Positions 12,440 to 23,913 of a DNA stretch of 64,000 nucleotides are shown here, one piece after another. Source of the DNA: Pristiophorus japonicus (Eukaryota); assembly GCF_044704955.1 (NCBI RefSeq), contig NC_091984.1:147064001-147128000 (forward strand), in the 5' to 3' direction. A program made the position numbers and the translations under genes. A model generated the notes under the pieces. The model was given only the letters and a program-made list of their open reading frames with translations, made no database searches and had not been told where the DNA came from. The first letter of the stretch is position 1. Each line of letters begins with the position of its first letter.

Positions 12440-13130
12440 TCCCGCCCCATCAGATGGTAACCCTGGGGCCACGGAATTGCTGGAGAATGAAAGTCCCTGT
12501 CACACAGGGCTCACCTCTATGTGCCCCTCGAACAACGGGCTCCGTCTACAAGTGAGATGTTTGTGTTGCTGACACAGGCCTTCCTCGGGGATAATTATAA
12601 AATAACGAGTTTTAGGGGCTTTAGAAACCTGTTTCCTCAGTCCGTGAATCGTGTGTACGTGGAGTGTGAGAGGATGCAGCCCCTCTTCCACTATTTGAAG
12701 GGACTGCTCCTCGATTTCTGGCTCCACTTCAGTCCCACATTCCTGGGCCTGGCCACCCGGTGCGGGGAGAGTGGGCAGGTCGGAGGGCCTTCCCGTGGGC
12801 CTGCTCCTGGGCCTGGTCACCCGGTGCGGGGGGAATGGGCAGGTCGGGGGGCCTCCCCGTGGGCCTGCTCCTGGGTCTGGCCAAGGTGGCCATGCACAGG
12901 TCCTAGTTGGATGGGGCCCATGGGGTGGCTGCACTGCCTGCCTGTCTCCCTTCGGGAGCTTTGACCGTACCCCGGTGACCCTGGGGATGGAGCTCAAGGT
13001 AGGCCTGAGACCTTCTGCGACGGGTGGGCACCACAGGGCCTGGAGTGTCGAGTGGGCAGGGAAAGAGCACGACCATTTCATTTGTTCACTTTCCTTTCAT
13101 GTTTATGCTTTGGGTTTTATAAGTTGTGGC
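12440..13130 (+). mobile_element. Tx1/L1-clade LINE 3' fragment between the J and V RSSs
   Basis: Translation VYVECERMQPLFHYLKGLLLDFWLHFSPT...GLLLGL resembles the Tx1-type ORF2 C-terminus; internal ~60-bp tandem duplication. Confidence 0.6.
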
Positions 13131-13388
13131 CCTCTCAATAGTGGGAGGTTTGGGAGATGATTTGGATTGAGGACACAGGGACCACCCAGTGTCTCCGTGC
13201 TGTCTGAATGTACAGAGTAGAGCTCTGAGATTCTCAGTGATGAAGACACAGCCCCAAATCCTCTCTGACCCACTCCATCCTTTCCCAATTCACTGCAGCT
13301 TCCAGCTGAATATTCCTGCTGTCACTCCCATCGAGCTGTGTGTCAGTCATGTGTAAAACCGTACAGGAGGTGGGGCTGTGTATATTGA

Positions 13389-13416
13389 GGTTTTTGTACA
13401 GCTGTGTATCACAGTG
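13389..13416 (-). promoter_or_regulatory. V recombination signal sequence, 12-bp spacer
   Basis: On minus strand CACTGTG-ATACACAGCTGT-ACAAAAACC abutting the V coding end; consensus nonamer, heptamer variant at position 4. Confidence 0.95.
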
Positions 13417-13715
13417 TAGAGGGTAGCTGTTATGTTGCTGACAGTAATAGTCTGCGACATCCTCGCTCTGCACGTTGCTGATGCTCAGGGTGAACATGTT
13501 GGACTTGTAACTGCCGGTGAAGCGATCGGAGGTTCCAGTGAAACGAGTTGTTGCATCATAAATCAGCAGAGTGGGTTTCTGCCCGGCTTTCTGCTGGTAC
13601 CAAGCAACATCATTGCTAACGGATGCACTGGCGGTACAGGTGATGGTTGCAGTCTGTCCCTCACTCACTGACAGTACCGGGGGAGACTGGGTCATGATGA
13701 TGTCCCCACTGATAC
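13417..13715 (-). CDS. IGKV: Ig kappa-type V gene segment, germline and unrearranged ([27 protein letters not shown]...[15 protein letters not shown]...[16 protein letters not shown])
   Basis: Acceptor TTCAG| at 13716; open frame with both Cys, WYQQ and D-x-A-D-Y-Y-C motifs; followed directly by a 12-RSS. Confidence 0.96.
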
Positions 13716-13902
13716 CTGAAGGGGAAATGGGGAAAGAAAGTGAAGTAAGCACTGTCATAGAAAGACGCTGTAAAATGAGAGATTGCTCGAGACACTGAGC
13801 TCTCCTCGAGTGTCAGCATTTGCCCTTCAATCACTGGTCAGTAGAGTTGGACAGAAATCGACAGCAGGGAGATATTAAACGTGGAAGGAGAGAGATTGGT
13901 AC

Positions 13903-13951
13903 CTGCGATGCAGAATGCCAGAGGCCAGATCAGCTGGATGGGTGAAATCAT
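13903..13951 (-). CDS. IGKV: Ig kappa-type light chain leader exon (MISPIQLIWPLAFCIA-G)
   Basis: ATG at 13951, 16 codons + 1 nt of hydrophobic signal peptide, donor G|GTACCA at 13902; phase 1 matches the V exon acceptor. Confidence 0.93.
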
Positions 13952-14010
13952 GGTGTCTGCTCCTGTCCCTGTGCCTGCTTACTGATAAACTGCCCTTCAC
14001 TGGGCCCTGC

Positions 14011-14107
14011 TTTATAAACCTGCAGCCTGTGAGAGTCTCACTGCCCATCCCTCAGTATGTAAATGTCTTCACCCAGAGAAAGCCACGTCAGCACATTTCA
14101 CTTCCTC
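14011..14107 (-). promoter_or_regulatory. V promoter: TATA box, variant octamer, CRE-like site, PU.1/IRF composite element
   Basis: TTTATAAA 14011-18; ATTTACAT 14057-64 (octamer ATTTGCAT with one change, light-chain orientation); TGACGTGG 14083-90; GAGGAAGTGAAA 14096-107. Confidence 0.75.
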
Positions 14108-14709
14108 TTCTTCTCTCCCTCCCTCTTCACCTCCCTCTCCCTTCCTCTCTCTCTCCATCCCTCCCTCTCGCTCTCCATCCCTCCCTCTCTCTCTCCATCC
14201 CTCCCTCTTTCTCCCTCTCCCCCACAGACTCCCAGCTGCAGCACACTGAAATACAAAGTAAACCTCCCTGTGCCCTGCCCCACCAATGGATGTTAACCCT
14301 TGACCCCAGAGCATGCCTTCTCCTGGAGTAAGGCCCCATTCCCCACAGTGGCCATCCCTTGGCCTCTCTCAGTACACTGGCTGTTTATTGCCCAATTAAG
14401 GGGCGTTCTGTGCTGTGGGCCTATTCTCAGTGAGGACCGGTTTGGACAGAAAGTTCATTTCATGAAGGCCCAGCAGAGAGAGGAGATCCTCACCCCATCA
14501 GTGTGAGCTGGAGCGACAGGACAGGGTCTGAGCCACTGCCCCATCCTGTCCGCTCAGAACATCTTCGAATCCCTTCCCCTCTCCTTCCCCTTCCATGGCC
14601 CCGCTCCAGGTCAGGTGTTTTTACTGGGATCAGGTCCGACGATCCCACATTTACAACAGGAAGGGTCCGCACTCCACGTCGACCATGGACTCCATGTCCC
14701 ACTGGTCCT

Positions 14710-14870
14710 CCAATAGGGCTCAGGAAACATGGCTCCTTCCTATTGGTCCCCCAACAGGGACCAGGAAACATGGATCCTTCCTATTGGTCCTCCAATAGGG
14801 AATAGGAAAGATGGCTCCTTTCTATTAGACATCCAATAGGGCCCAGGAAACATGGCTCCTTCCTATTGGA
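14710..14870. repeat. 41-bp tandem repeat x4 with internal inverted CCAATAGG/CCTATTGG
   Basis: Units start at 14710, 14751, 14792, 14833. Confidence 0.88.
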
Positions 14871-14919
14871 TATATACTTGAAAAGGAACAATTTGCTGGG
14901 TTATGGGGGCGAGGAACTT

Positions 14920-16537
14920 AACACAATCACAATCACTAAGGAGGTGGTACTCAGTAAGATAATGGGACTAAAGGCGAATAAATCTCCTGGATCTGATGGC
15001 TTGCATCCCAGGGTCTTATGAAAAGTCGCGGCAGTCTCAGTGGATTCATTGGTTGTAATTTACCAAAATTCCCTGTATTCTTGGGAGGTCCCAGCAGATT
15101 GTAAAACTGCAAATGTAACGCCCCTATTTACAAAAGGAGGCAGACAAAAAGCAGGAATCGATAGACCAATTAACCTAACATCTGTGGTTGGGAAAATGTC
15201 GGAGTCCATTATTAAAGAAGCAGTAGCAGGACATTTGGATAAGCATAATTCAGTCAGGCAGAGTAAGCATGGAATTATGAAGGGGAAGTCATGTTTGATA
15301 AATTTGCAGAATTCTTTGAGGATGCAATGAGCAGGGTGGATAAAGGGGAACCAGTGGATGTGGTGTATTTGGACCTCCAGAAGGCATTTGACAAAATGCC
15401 ACGTAAGAGGTTACTGCACAAGATAAAAATTCACAGTGTTGGGGGTAATATGTTAGCATGGATAGACGATTGGCTAACTAACAGAAAACAGAGAGTCTGC
15501 AAAAATGGTTCATTTTCGGGTTGGGAATCAGTAACTAGTGGGGTGCCGCAGGGATCAGTGCGGGGACCCCAACTATTTACAATATATATTAATGACTTGG
15601 ATGATGGAACCGAATATAATGTAGCCACGTTTTCTGACGATACAAAGATGTGAGGAAAAGCAATGTGTGAGGAGGACACAAAAAACCTGCAAAAGGACGT
15701 AGGCAGGCTAAGTGAGTGGGCAAAAATTTAGCAGATGGTGTATAATGTTGGAAAGTGTGAGATCATGCACTTTGGCAGAAAAAAACAATCAAAGAGCAAG
15801 TTATTATTTAAATGGAGAAAGATTGCAAAGTGCTGTGGTGCAGCGGGTACTTGTGCATGAAACACAAAATGTTAGTATGCAGATACAGTAAGTGATCAGG
15901 AAGGCCAATGGAATATTGGCCTTTATTGCAAAGGGGACGGAGTATAAAAGCAGGGAAGTCTTGCTACAGCTATACAGGGTATTGGTGTGGACACACTAAT
16001 TTTGGATTCCATATTTAAGAAAGGATATACTTGCTTTGGAGGCAGGTCAGAGAAGGTTCATTAGGTTGATTCAGGAGATGAGGCGGTTGATTTATGAGGA
16101 AAGGTTGAGTAGGTTGTGCATCTGCTCATTCGAATTCGGAAGAATGAGAGGTGATCTTATTGAAACGTATCAGATTTTGAGGGGGCTTGACAAAGTGGAT
16201 GCAGAGAGGATGTTTCCACTGAGGGGGAGAATTGAACTAGAGGGCATGATCTTAGAATAAGGGGACTCCCATTTAAAACAGATTAGAGGAATTTCTTCTC
16301 TCTGAGGGTTGTAAATCTGTGGAATTGGCTGCCTCAGAGATCTGTGGAAGCTGGGTCGTTGAATAAATTTAAGACAGAGATAGACAGTTTCTTAACCGAC
16401 ATGGGAATAAGGGGTTATGGGGAGCGGGGAGGGATGTGGAGCTGAATCCATGATCGTATCGGCCATGATCGTATTAAATAGCGGAGCAGGCTCGAGGGGC
16501 CATGTGGCCTACTCCTGCTCCTATTTCTTATGTTCTT
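14920..16537 (+). mobile_element. Decayed CR1 LINE (RT to 3' tail)
   Basis: RT motifs with stops and frameshifts, TTCTTATGTTCTT tail. Confidence 0.9.
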
Positions 16538-16644
16538 TAACTAGTGAGGAGTGGGACTAATTGGGTAATTCTTTGAAAGAGCCGGCAAAGGCACGATGGG
16601 CCGAATGGCCTCCTTCTGTGCTGTAAGATTCGAGGCTGTGAGCG

Positions 16645-16844
16645 CGGTTCACAGTTTTCTCCCGTGTCATTAACAAACGTACAGCTGTGACAACCTCCCT
16701 CTTTCACTTCCTCTGTGGGTGAAGTTTCATTCTTCCGATCTGACAGTCTCTTCAGTTATTTTTTGCACGGGGGATTTCTGCTGTGGTCTGAGTCTCTAAT
16801 AATAACCGTCCAATCAGGCAGAATAACAGCAGCTCGGACCGGCT
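16645..16844 (+). promoter_or_regulatory. Candidate B-cell enhancer/promoter module, copy 1
   Basis: CAGCTG 16682, EICE 16702-13, GGGGATTTCT 16770, TGTGGT 16782, CTAATAATAA 16796, CCAAT 16810; identical to the inverted copy. Confidence 0.55.
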
Positions 16845-16869
16845 CGGACAGCGGACCCAGGCTCAGTGC

Positions 16870-17860
16870 TGACCCTGCAACATCCTCCTCACCAACATCT
16901 GGGGACTTGTGCCAAAAGTGGGAGAGCTGCCCCACAGACTAGTCAAGCACCAGCCTGACATAGTCCGACTCACAGAATCATACCTTTCAGCCAATGTCCC
17001 AGACTCCTCCATCACCTGAGGTGGCAGCTCAGTGGTATACAGTCGGGAGGGAGTGGCCCTGGGAGTCCTCAACATTGACTCCGGACCCCATGAAGTCTCA
17101 TGGCATCAGGTCAAACACGAGCAATGAAACCTCCTGCTGATTACCACCTCCCGCCCTCCCTCAGCTGATGAATCAGTACTCCTCCATGTTGAACACCACT
17201 TGGAAGAAACACTGAGAGTAGCAAGGGCACAGAATGTACTCTGGGTGGGGGACTTCACTGTCCATCACCAAGAGTGTCTCGGTAGCACCACTACTGACTG
17301 AGCTGGCCGAGAGGGGCGATGCTGACATTGCAATCACAGGTACCGGAGAACTGGAGGACTGCAAACATGGTACCTTTGTTTAAAAATGGAGCAAGGGATA
17401 GATCGAGTCACTACAGGTCAGTCAGCCTAACCTCGGGGGTGGGATAGGAGGAATCTTCATTTAACAAGACACGGATTAATCAAGGACAGTCAGCATGGAT
17501 TTGTTCAGGGAAGGTCGTGTCTGAATAACTTGATTGAATTTTTTGAGGAGAGTCGATGAGAGCAGTGCGTATGATGCAGTGTATATGGATTTTAAAAAGG
17601 CTTTTGAGAAGGTCCCACATGGCAGACTGGTCACAAAAGTAATAGCCCATGGGATCCAGGTCAAAGTGACAAGTTGGATTCAAAATTGGTTCAGAGGCAG
17701 TTAGCAAAGGGTAATGGTTGATGGGTGTATTTCGTGCTGGAAGCCTGTATCCAGTGTGGTTCCGCAGGGCTCAGTACTGGGTCCCTTGCTTTTTATTAAA
17801 TGGCGGAGCAGGCTCGAGGGGCCAAATGACCTACTCCTGCTCCTATTTCTTATGTTCTTA
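16870..17860 (+). mobile_element. LINE fragments (APE N-terminus, then CR1-like RT and 3' end)
   Basis: NIWGL...PDIV.LTESYL and GDF endonuclease motifs; DFKKAFEKVPH. Confidence 0.7.
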
Positions 17861-18281
17861 TAATAAATGCCGGCCTTGCCTGCAATGCCCACATTCCATG
17901 AATTAATAAAAAACCCATGGGCTGACTGTTCAGGAGAATAGGACACACTTTCCTCTTTCACCCTCAACCATCATCCCTGAAACAGATTATCAGCTCATTA
18001 TCACATTGCTGTTTGTGGGAGCTTGCAGTGCACAAATGGGTTGCCACGTTTCCTACATTACAACAGTGACTACACTTCAAAAAGTACTTCATTGGCTGTA
18101 AAGTGCTTTGTCATCCTGAGGATGTGAAAGGCGCTATATAAATGCAAGTCTGTCTCTTTCTTTCTTTCACCCAACCGTAATTTCCAAGGTCAAGGGGGAG
18201 CGAGCTGAACTCTCCCTGGTTTTATTTTTCTTCAAAATATCAAATAACTGGAATGATAAAAGGTCTTTTACCCAGTAGCTC

Positions 18282-18705
18282 ATTTAATCCCCTCCCACAC
18301 ACCATGTACACCCCAACCTATCATGGACTCTACCACCCATTTAATCCCCTCCCACACACCATGTACACCCCACCCTATCATGGACTCTACCACCCATTTA
18401 ATCCCCTCCCACACACCATGTACACCCCACCCTATCATGGACTCTACCACCCATTTAATCTCCTCCCACACACACCATGTACTCCCCACCCTATCATGGA
18501 CCCTACCACCCATTTAATCCCCTCCCACACACCATGTACTCCCCACCCTATCATGGACCCTACCACCCATTTAATCCCCTCCCACACACACCATGTACTC
18601 CCCACCCTATCATGGACCCTACCACCCATTTAATCCCCTCCCACACACACCATGTACTCCCCACCCTATCATGGACCCTACCACCCATTTAATCTCCTCC
18701 CACAC
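18282..18705. repeat. 57-59 bp minisatellite, about 7.5 copies; further units at 19453-19537 and 23864-23880
   Basis: ATTTAATCCCCTCCCACACACCATGTAC...CCCTATCATGGAC.CTACCACCC repeated. Confidence 0.93.
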
Positions 18706-18724
18706 ATACATGTACACTCTCTCT

Positions 18725-19445
18725 CTTCTTAGGCAGACCCTCGGAGTTGAGGATGACTTGCTTTCACACTAACATGAGTTCTCAGGTGTTCGGCACCTTC
18801 CCGAATGTCTCCTCCACTTTGAGCAGTCTTGGGCCAGGGATTCCCAGGTGTCGGAGGGGATGTTGCACTTTTTCAAGGAGGCTTTGAGGGTTTCCTTGAA
18901 ACATTTCCTCTGCCCACTTGGGGCTCGCTTGCCGTGTTGGAGCTCTGAGTACAGCGCTTGTTTTAGGAGTCTCATATCGGGCATGCGGACAATGTGGCCC
19001 ACCCAACAATGATCGATTGTGGTCAATGCTTCGATGCTGGGGATGTTTGCCTGAGTGAGAACACTTACGTTGGTGCACCTATATTGCCAATGGATTTGCA
19101 GGATTTTGTGGAGACAGCATTGGTGGTACTTCTGCAGCGCTTTGAGATGTCTGCTGTATATAGTCCACATCTCTGAGCCATATATAAGGGCAGGTATGAC
19201 TACTGCTCTGTAGGCCATGAGCTTGGTGCCCGGTTTGAGCTCCTGGTCTTCAAACACTCTCTTCCTCAGGCGATCAAAGACTGCACTGGCACACTGAAGA
19301 CGATGTTGGACTTCGACTTTGATGTCTGCCCTTGTTGCCAGTAGATTCGCGAGGTATGGAATATGGTCCACTTTGTCCAAGGCCTTGTCGTGGATTTTAA
19401 TAATCGAGGAACAGTGCAGTGTGGCGGGGGCAGGTTGGTTGAGAA
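18725..19445 (-). mobile_element. RTE (BovB-like) LINE 3' fragment
   Basis: ORF 18769-19380: TKLMAYRAVVIPALIYGSEMW...GHIVRMPD.RL.KQ.LYSEL. Confidence 0.88.
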
Positions 19446-19537
19446 GCTTTGTCTATCATGGACTCTACCACCCATTTAATCCCCTTCCACACACCATGTA
19501 CACTCCACCCTATCATGGAATTACCACCCATTTAATC

Positions 19538-22500
19538 ATCAGCAGCAGTCGGGAGCAGCGTCGGAGGTGCGTGGAGAGGCCTATAAAAGGCACAGCAGGG
19601 AGTCCGGGGCTCAGCGTCGGGAGCAGCGTGGAGGAGGTCCGTTGGTGAGGCCTATAAAAGACACAGCAGGGAGACCGGGACCCAGCCTCGGGAGCAGTGT
19701 CGAGGAGGTCCGTTGGTGAGGCGTACTTGTGCAGCTATAGGGAGAAGGCAAAAAAGAAGTAGAAAGAAACAGAAAGGTGACGTCACAGCCAAGGGGGTAA
19801 GTGATTGGCTGGTGATTGGCAAGTACTTTTTATTTTTTCTCTTCTATAACAGTGAGTAACTTTAGCATTGTTGTTGCCTATCTAAGGGTTAAGTCATGGC
19901 AGGACAGCTCGGTCACGTGTTATGCTCCTCCTGTACCATGTGGGAACTCAGGGACGACTCCAGTGTCCCTGACGACTACATGTGCGGGAAGTGTATCCGC
20001 CTCCAGCTCCTGACGGACCGCGTTGCGGAGTTGGAGCAGAGGGTGGATTCACTCTGGAGCATCCACGATGCTGAGAATGACGTGAGTAGCACATGTAGCG
20101 AGTTGGTTGTACCGCAGGTAAAGGGTCCACAGCCAGCTTGGGAATGGAAGACCAGCAGGAAGAGCAGAGCAAGGAAGGTAGTGCAGGGGTCCCCTGTGGT
20201 CATCCCCCTGCAAAACAGATACACTGCTTTGAGTACTGTTGAGGGGGATGACTCATCAGGGGAGGGCAGCAGCAGCCAAGTTCATGGCACCGTGGCTGGC
20301 TCTGTTGCACAGGAGGGCAGGAAAAAGAGTGGGAGAGCGATAGTGATAGGGGATTCAATTGTCAGGGGAATAGATAGGCGTTTCTGCGGCTGCAACCAAG
20401 ACTCCAGGATGGTACGTTGCCTCCCTGGTGCAAGGGTCAAGGATGTCTCGGAGCGGGTGCAGGACATTTTAAAAAGGGAGGAAGAACAGCCAGTTGTCGT
20501 GGTGCACATTGGTACCAACGACATCGGTAAAAAAATGGATTAGGACCTACGAAACGAATTTAAGGAGCTACGAGCTAAATTAAAAAGTAGGACCTCAAAA
20601 GTAGTAATCTTGGGATTGCTACCAGTGCCACGTGCTAGTCAGTGTAGGAATCGCAGGATAGCGCAGATGAATACGTGGCTTGAGCAGTGGTGCAGCAGGG
20701 AGGGATTCAAATTCCTGGGGCATTGGAACCGGTTCTGGGGCAGGTGGGACCAGTACAAACCGGACGGTCTGCATCTGGGCAGGACCGGAACCAATGTCCT
20801 AGGGGGAGTGTTTGCTCATGCTGTTGGGAAGGAGTTAAACTAATGTAGCAGGGGGATGGGAACCAATGCAGGGATACAGAGGGAAACAAAAAGGAGACAA
20901 AAGCAAAAGACAGAAAGGAGATGAGGAAAATTGGAGGGCAGAGAAACTCAAGGCAAAGAACAAAAAGGGTCACTGTACAGCAAAATTCTAAAAGGACAAA
21001 GGGTGTTAAAAAAACAAGCCTGAAGGATTTGTGTCTTAATGCAAGGAGTATCCATAATAAGGTGGATGAATTAACTGTGCAAATAGATGTTAACAAATAT
21101 GATGTGATTGGGATTACAGTGACGTGGCTCCAGGATGATCAGGGCTGGGAATTCAACATCCAGGGGTATTCAACATTCAGGAAGGATAGAATAAAAAGAA
21201 AAGGAGGTGGGGTAGCATTGCTGGTTAAAGAGGAAATTAATGCAATCGTTAGGAAGGACATTAGCTTGGATGATGTGGAATCTATATGGGTAGAGCTGCA
21301 GAACACCAAAGGGCAAAAAACGTTAGTGGGAGTTGTGTACAGACCTCCAAACAGTATAGTGATGTTGGGGAGGGCATCAAACAGGAAATTAGAGGTGCAT
21401 GCAATAAAGGTGCAGCAGTTATAATGGGTGACTTTAATATGCACAGAGATTGGGCTAACCAAACTGGAAGCAATACGGTGGAGGAGGATTTCCTGACGTG
21501 CATAAGGGATGGTTTTCGAGACCAATATGTCAAGGAACCAACGAGGGGGGAGGCCATCTTAGACTGGGTGTTGTGTAATGAGAGAGGATTAATTAGCAAT
21601 CTCGTTGTGCGAGGCCCCTTGGGGAAGAGTGACCATAATATGGTGGAATTCTGCATTAGGATGGAGAATGAAACAGTTAATTCAGAGACCATGGTCCAGA
21701 ACTTAAAGAAGGGTAACTTTGAAGGTATGAGGCGTGATTAGGCCAGGATAGATTGGCGAATGATACTTAAGGGGTTGACTGTGGATGGGCAATGGCAAAC
21801 ATTTAGAGACCGCATTGATGAACTACAACAATTGTACATTCCTGTCTGGCGTAAAAATAAAAAAGGGAAGGTGGCTCAATTGTGGCTATCAAGGGAAATC
21901 AGGGATAATATTAAAGCCAAGGAAGTGGCATACAAATTGGCCAGAAATAGCAGTGAACCTGGGGACTGGGAGAAATTTAGAACTCAGCAGAGGAGGACAA
22001 AGGGTTTGATTAGGGCAGGGAAAATGGAGTACGAGAAGAAGCTTGCAGGGAACATTAAGACGGATTGCAAAAGTTTTTATAGATATGTAAAGAGAAAAAG
22101 GTTAGTAAAGACAAACGTAGGTCACCTGCAGTCAGAATCAGGGGAAGTCATAACGGGGAACAAAGAAATGGCGGACCAATTGAACAAGTACTTTGGTTCA
22201 CTATTCACTAAGGAGGACACAAACAACCTTCCGGATATAAAAGGGGTCAGAGGGTCTAGTAAGGAGGAGGAACTGAGGGAAATCCTTATTAGTCAGGAAA
22301 TTGTGTTGGGGAAATTGATGGGATTGAAGGCCGATAAATCCCCAGGACCTGATGGACTACATCCCAGAGTACTTAAGGAGGTGGCCTTGGAAATAGCGGA
22401 TGCATTGACAGTCATTTTCCAACATTCCATTGACTCTGGATCAGTTCCTATCGAGTGGAGGGTAGCCAATGTAACCCCACTTTTTAAAAAAGGAGGGAGA

Positions 22501-23863
22501 GAGAAAAACAGGAAATTATAGACCGGTCAGCCTGACATCGGTAGTGGGTAAAATGATGGAATCAATTCTTAAGGATGTCATAGCAGCGCATTTGGAAAGA
22601 GGTGACGTGATAGGTCCAAGTCAGCATGGATTTGTGAAAGGGAAATCATGCTTGACAAATCTTCTGGAATTTTTTGAGGATGTTTCCAGTAGAGTGGACA
22701 AGGGAGAACCAGTTGATGTGGTATATTTGGAATTTCAGAAGGCTTTCGACAAGGTCCCACACAAGAGATTAATGTGCAAAGTTAAAGCACATGGGATTGG
22801 GGGTCGTGTGCTGGCATGGATTGAGAACTGATTGTCAGACAGGAAGCAAAGAATAGGTGTAAGTGTGTACTTTTCACAATGGCAGGCAGTGACTAGTGGG
22901 GTACCGCAAGGTTCTGTGCTGGGGCCCCAGCTGTTTACACTGTACATTAATGATTTAGACCAGGGGATTAAATGTAGTATCTCCAAATTTGCAGATGACA
23001 CTAAGTTGGGTGGCAGTGTGAGCTGCGAGGAGGATGCTGTGAGGCTGCAGAGCGACTTGGATAGGTTAGGTGAGTGGGCAAATGCATGGCAGATGAAGTA
23101 TAATGTGGATAAATGTGAGGTTATCCACTGGTGGTAAAAACAGAGAGACAGACTATTATCTGTATGGTGACAGATTAGGAAAAGGGGAGGTGCAACGAGA
23201 CCTGGGTGTCATGGTACATCAGTCATTGAAGGTTGGCATGCAGGTACAGCAGGCGGTTAAGAAAGCAAATGACATGTTGACCTTCATAGCGAGGGGATTT
23301 GAGTACAGAGTACAGTTTTGGTCTCCTAACCTGAGGAAGGACATTCTTGCTATTGAGGGAGTGCAGCGAAGGTTCACCAGACTGATTCCCGGGATGGCGG
23401 GACTGACCTATCAAGAAAGACTGTATCAACCGGGCTTGTATTCACTGGAGTTCAGAAGAATGAGAGGGGACCTCATAGAAACGTTTAAAATTCTGATGGG
23501 TTTAGACAGGTTAGATGCAGGAAGAATGTTCCCAATGTTGGGGAAGTCCAGAACCAGGGGTCACAGTCTAAGGATAAGGGATAAGCCATTTAGGACCGAG
23601 ATGAGGAGAAACTTCTTCACCCAGAGAGTGGTGAACCTGTGGAATTCTCTACCTCAGAAAGTTGTTGAGGCCAATTCACTAAATATATTCAAAAAGAAGT
23701 TTAATGAAGTCCTTACTACTAGGGGGATCACGGGGTATGGCGACAAAGCAGGAATGGGGTACTGAAGTTACATGTTCAGCCATGAACACATTGAATGGCG
23801 GTGCAGGCTTGAAGGGCCGAATGGCCTACTCCTGCACTTATTGTCTATGTTTTCTATGTTTTC
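19538..23863 (+). mobile_element. Full-length CR1 LINE: repeat-bearing 5' UTR, ORF1 (Zn finger/coiled coil/SGNH esterase, 19896-20843), ORF2 APE-RT (about 21000-23765), disabled
   Basis: ORF1 CxxC..CxxC, GDS, HIGTND, DGLHL; ORF2 LNARS, GDFN, SDHN, FADD; TSD TAATC at 19533-37 and 23864-68; stops and frameshifts. Confidence 0.95.
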
Positions 23864-23913
23864 TAATCCCCTTCCCACACACGGTGCAGAATCTCTATGA
23901 TCACGGACTCTAT

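Noticed and set aside
13716-13758. ORF-track start MTVLTSLSF for V
   Set aside because: This is leader-V intron; the true start is in the leader exon at 13951
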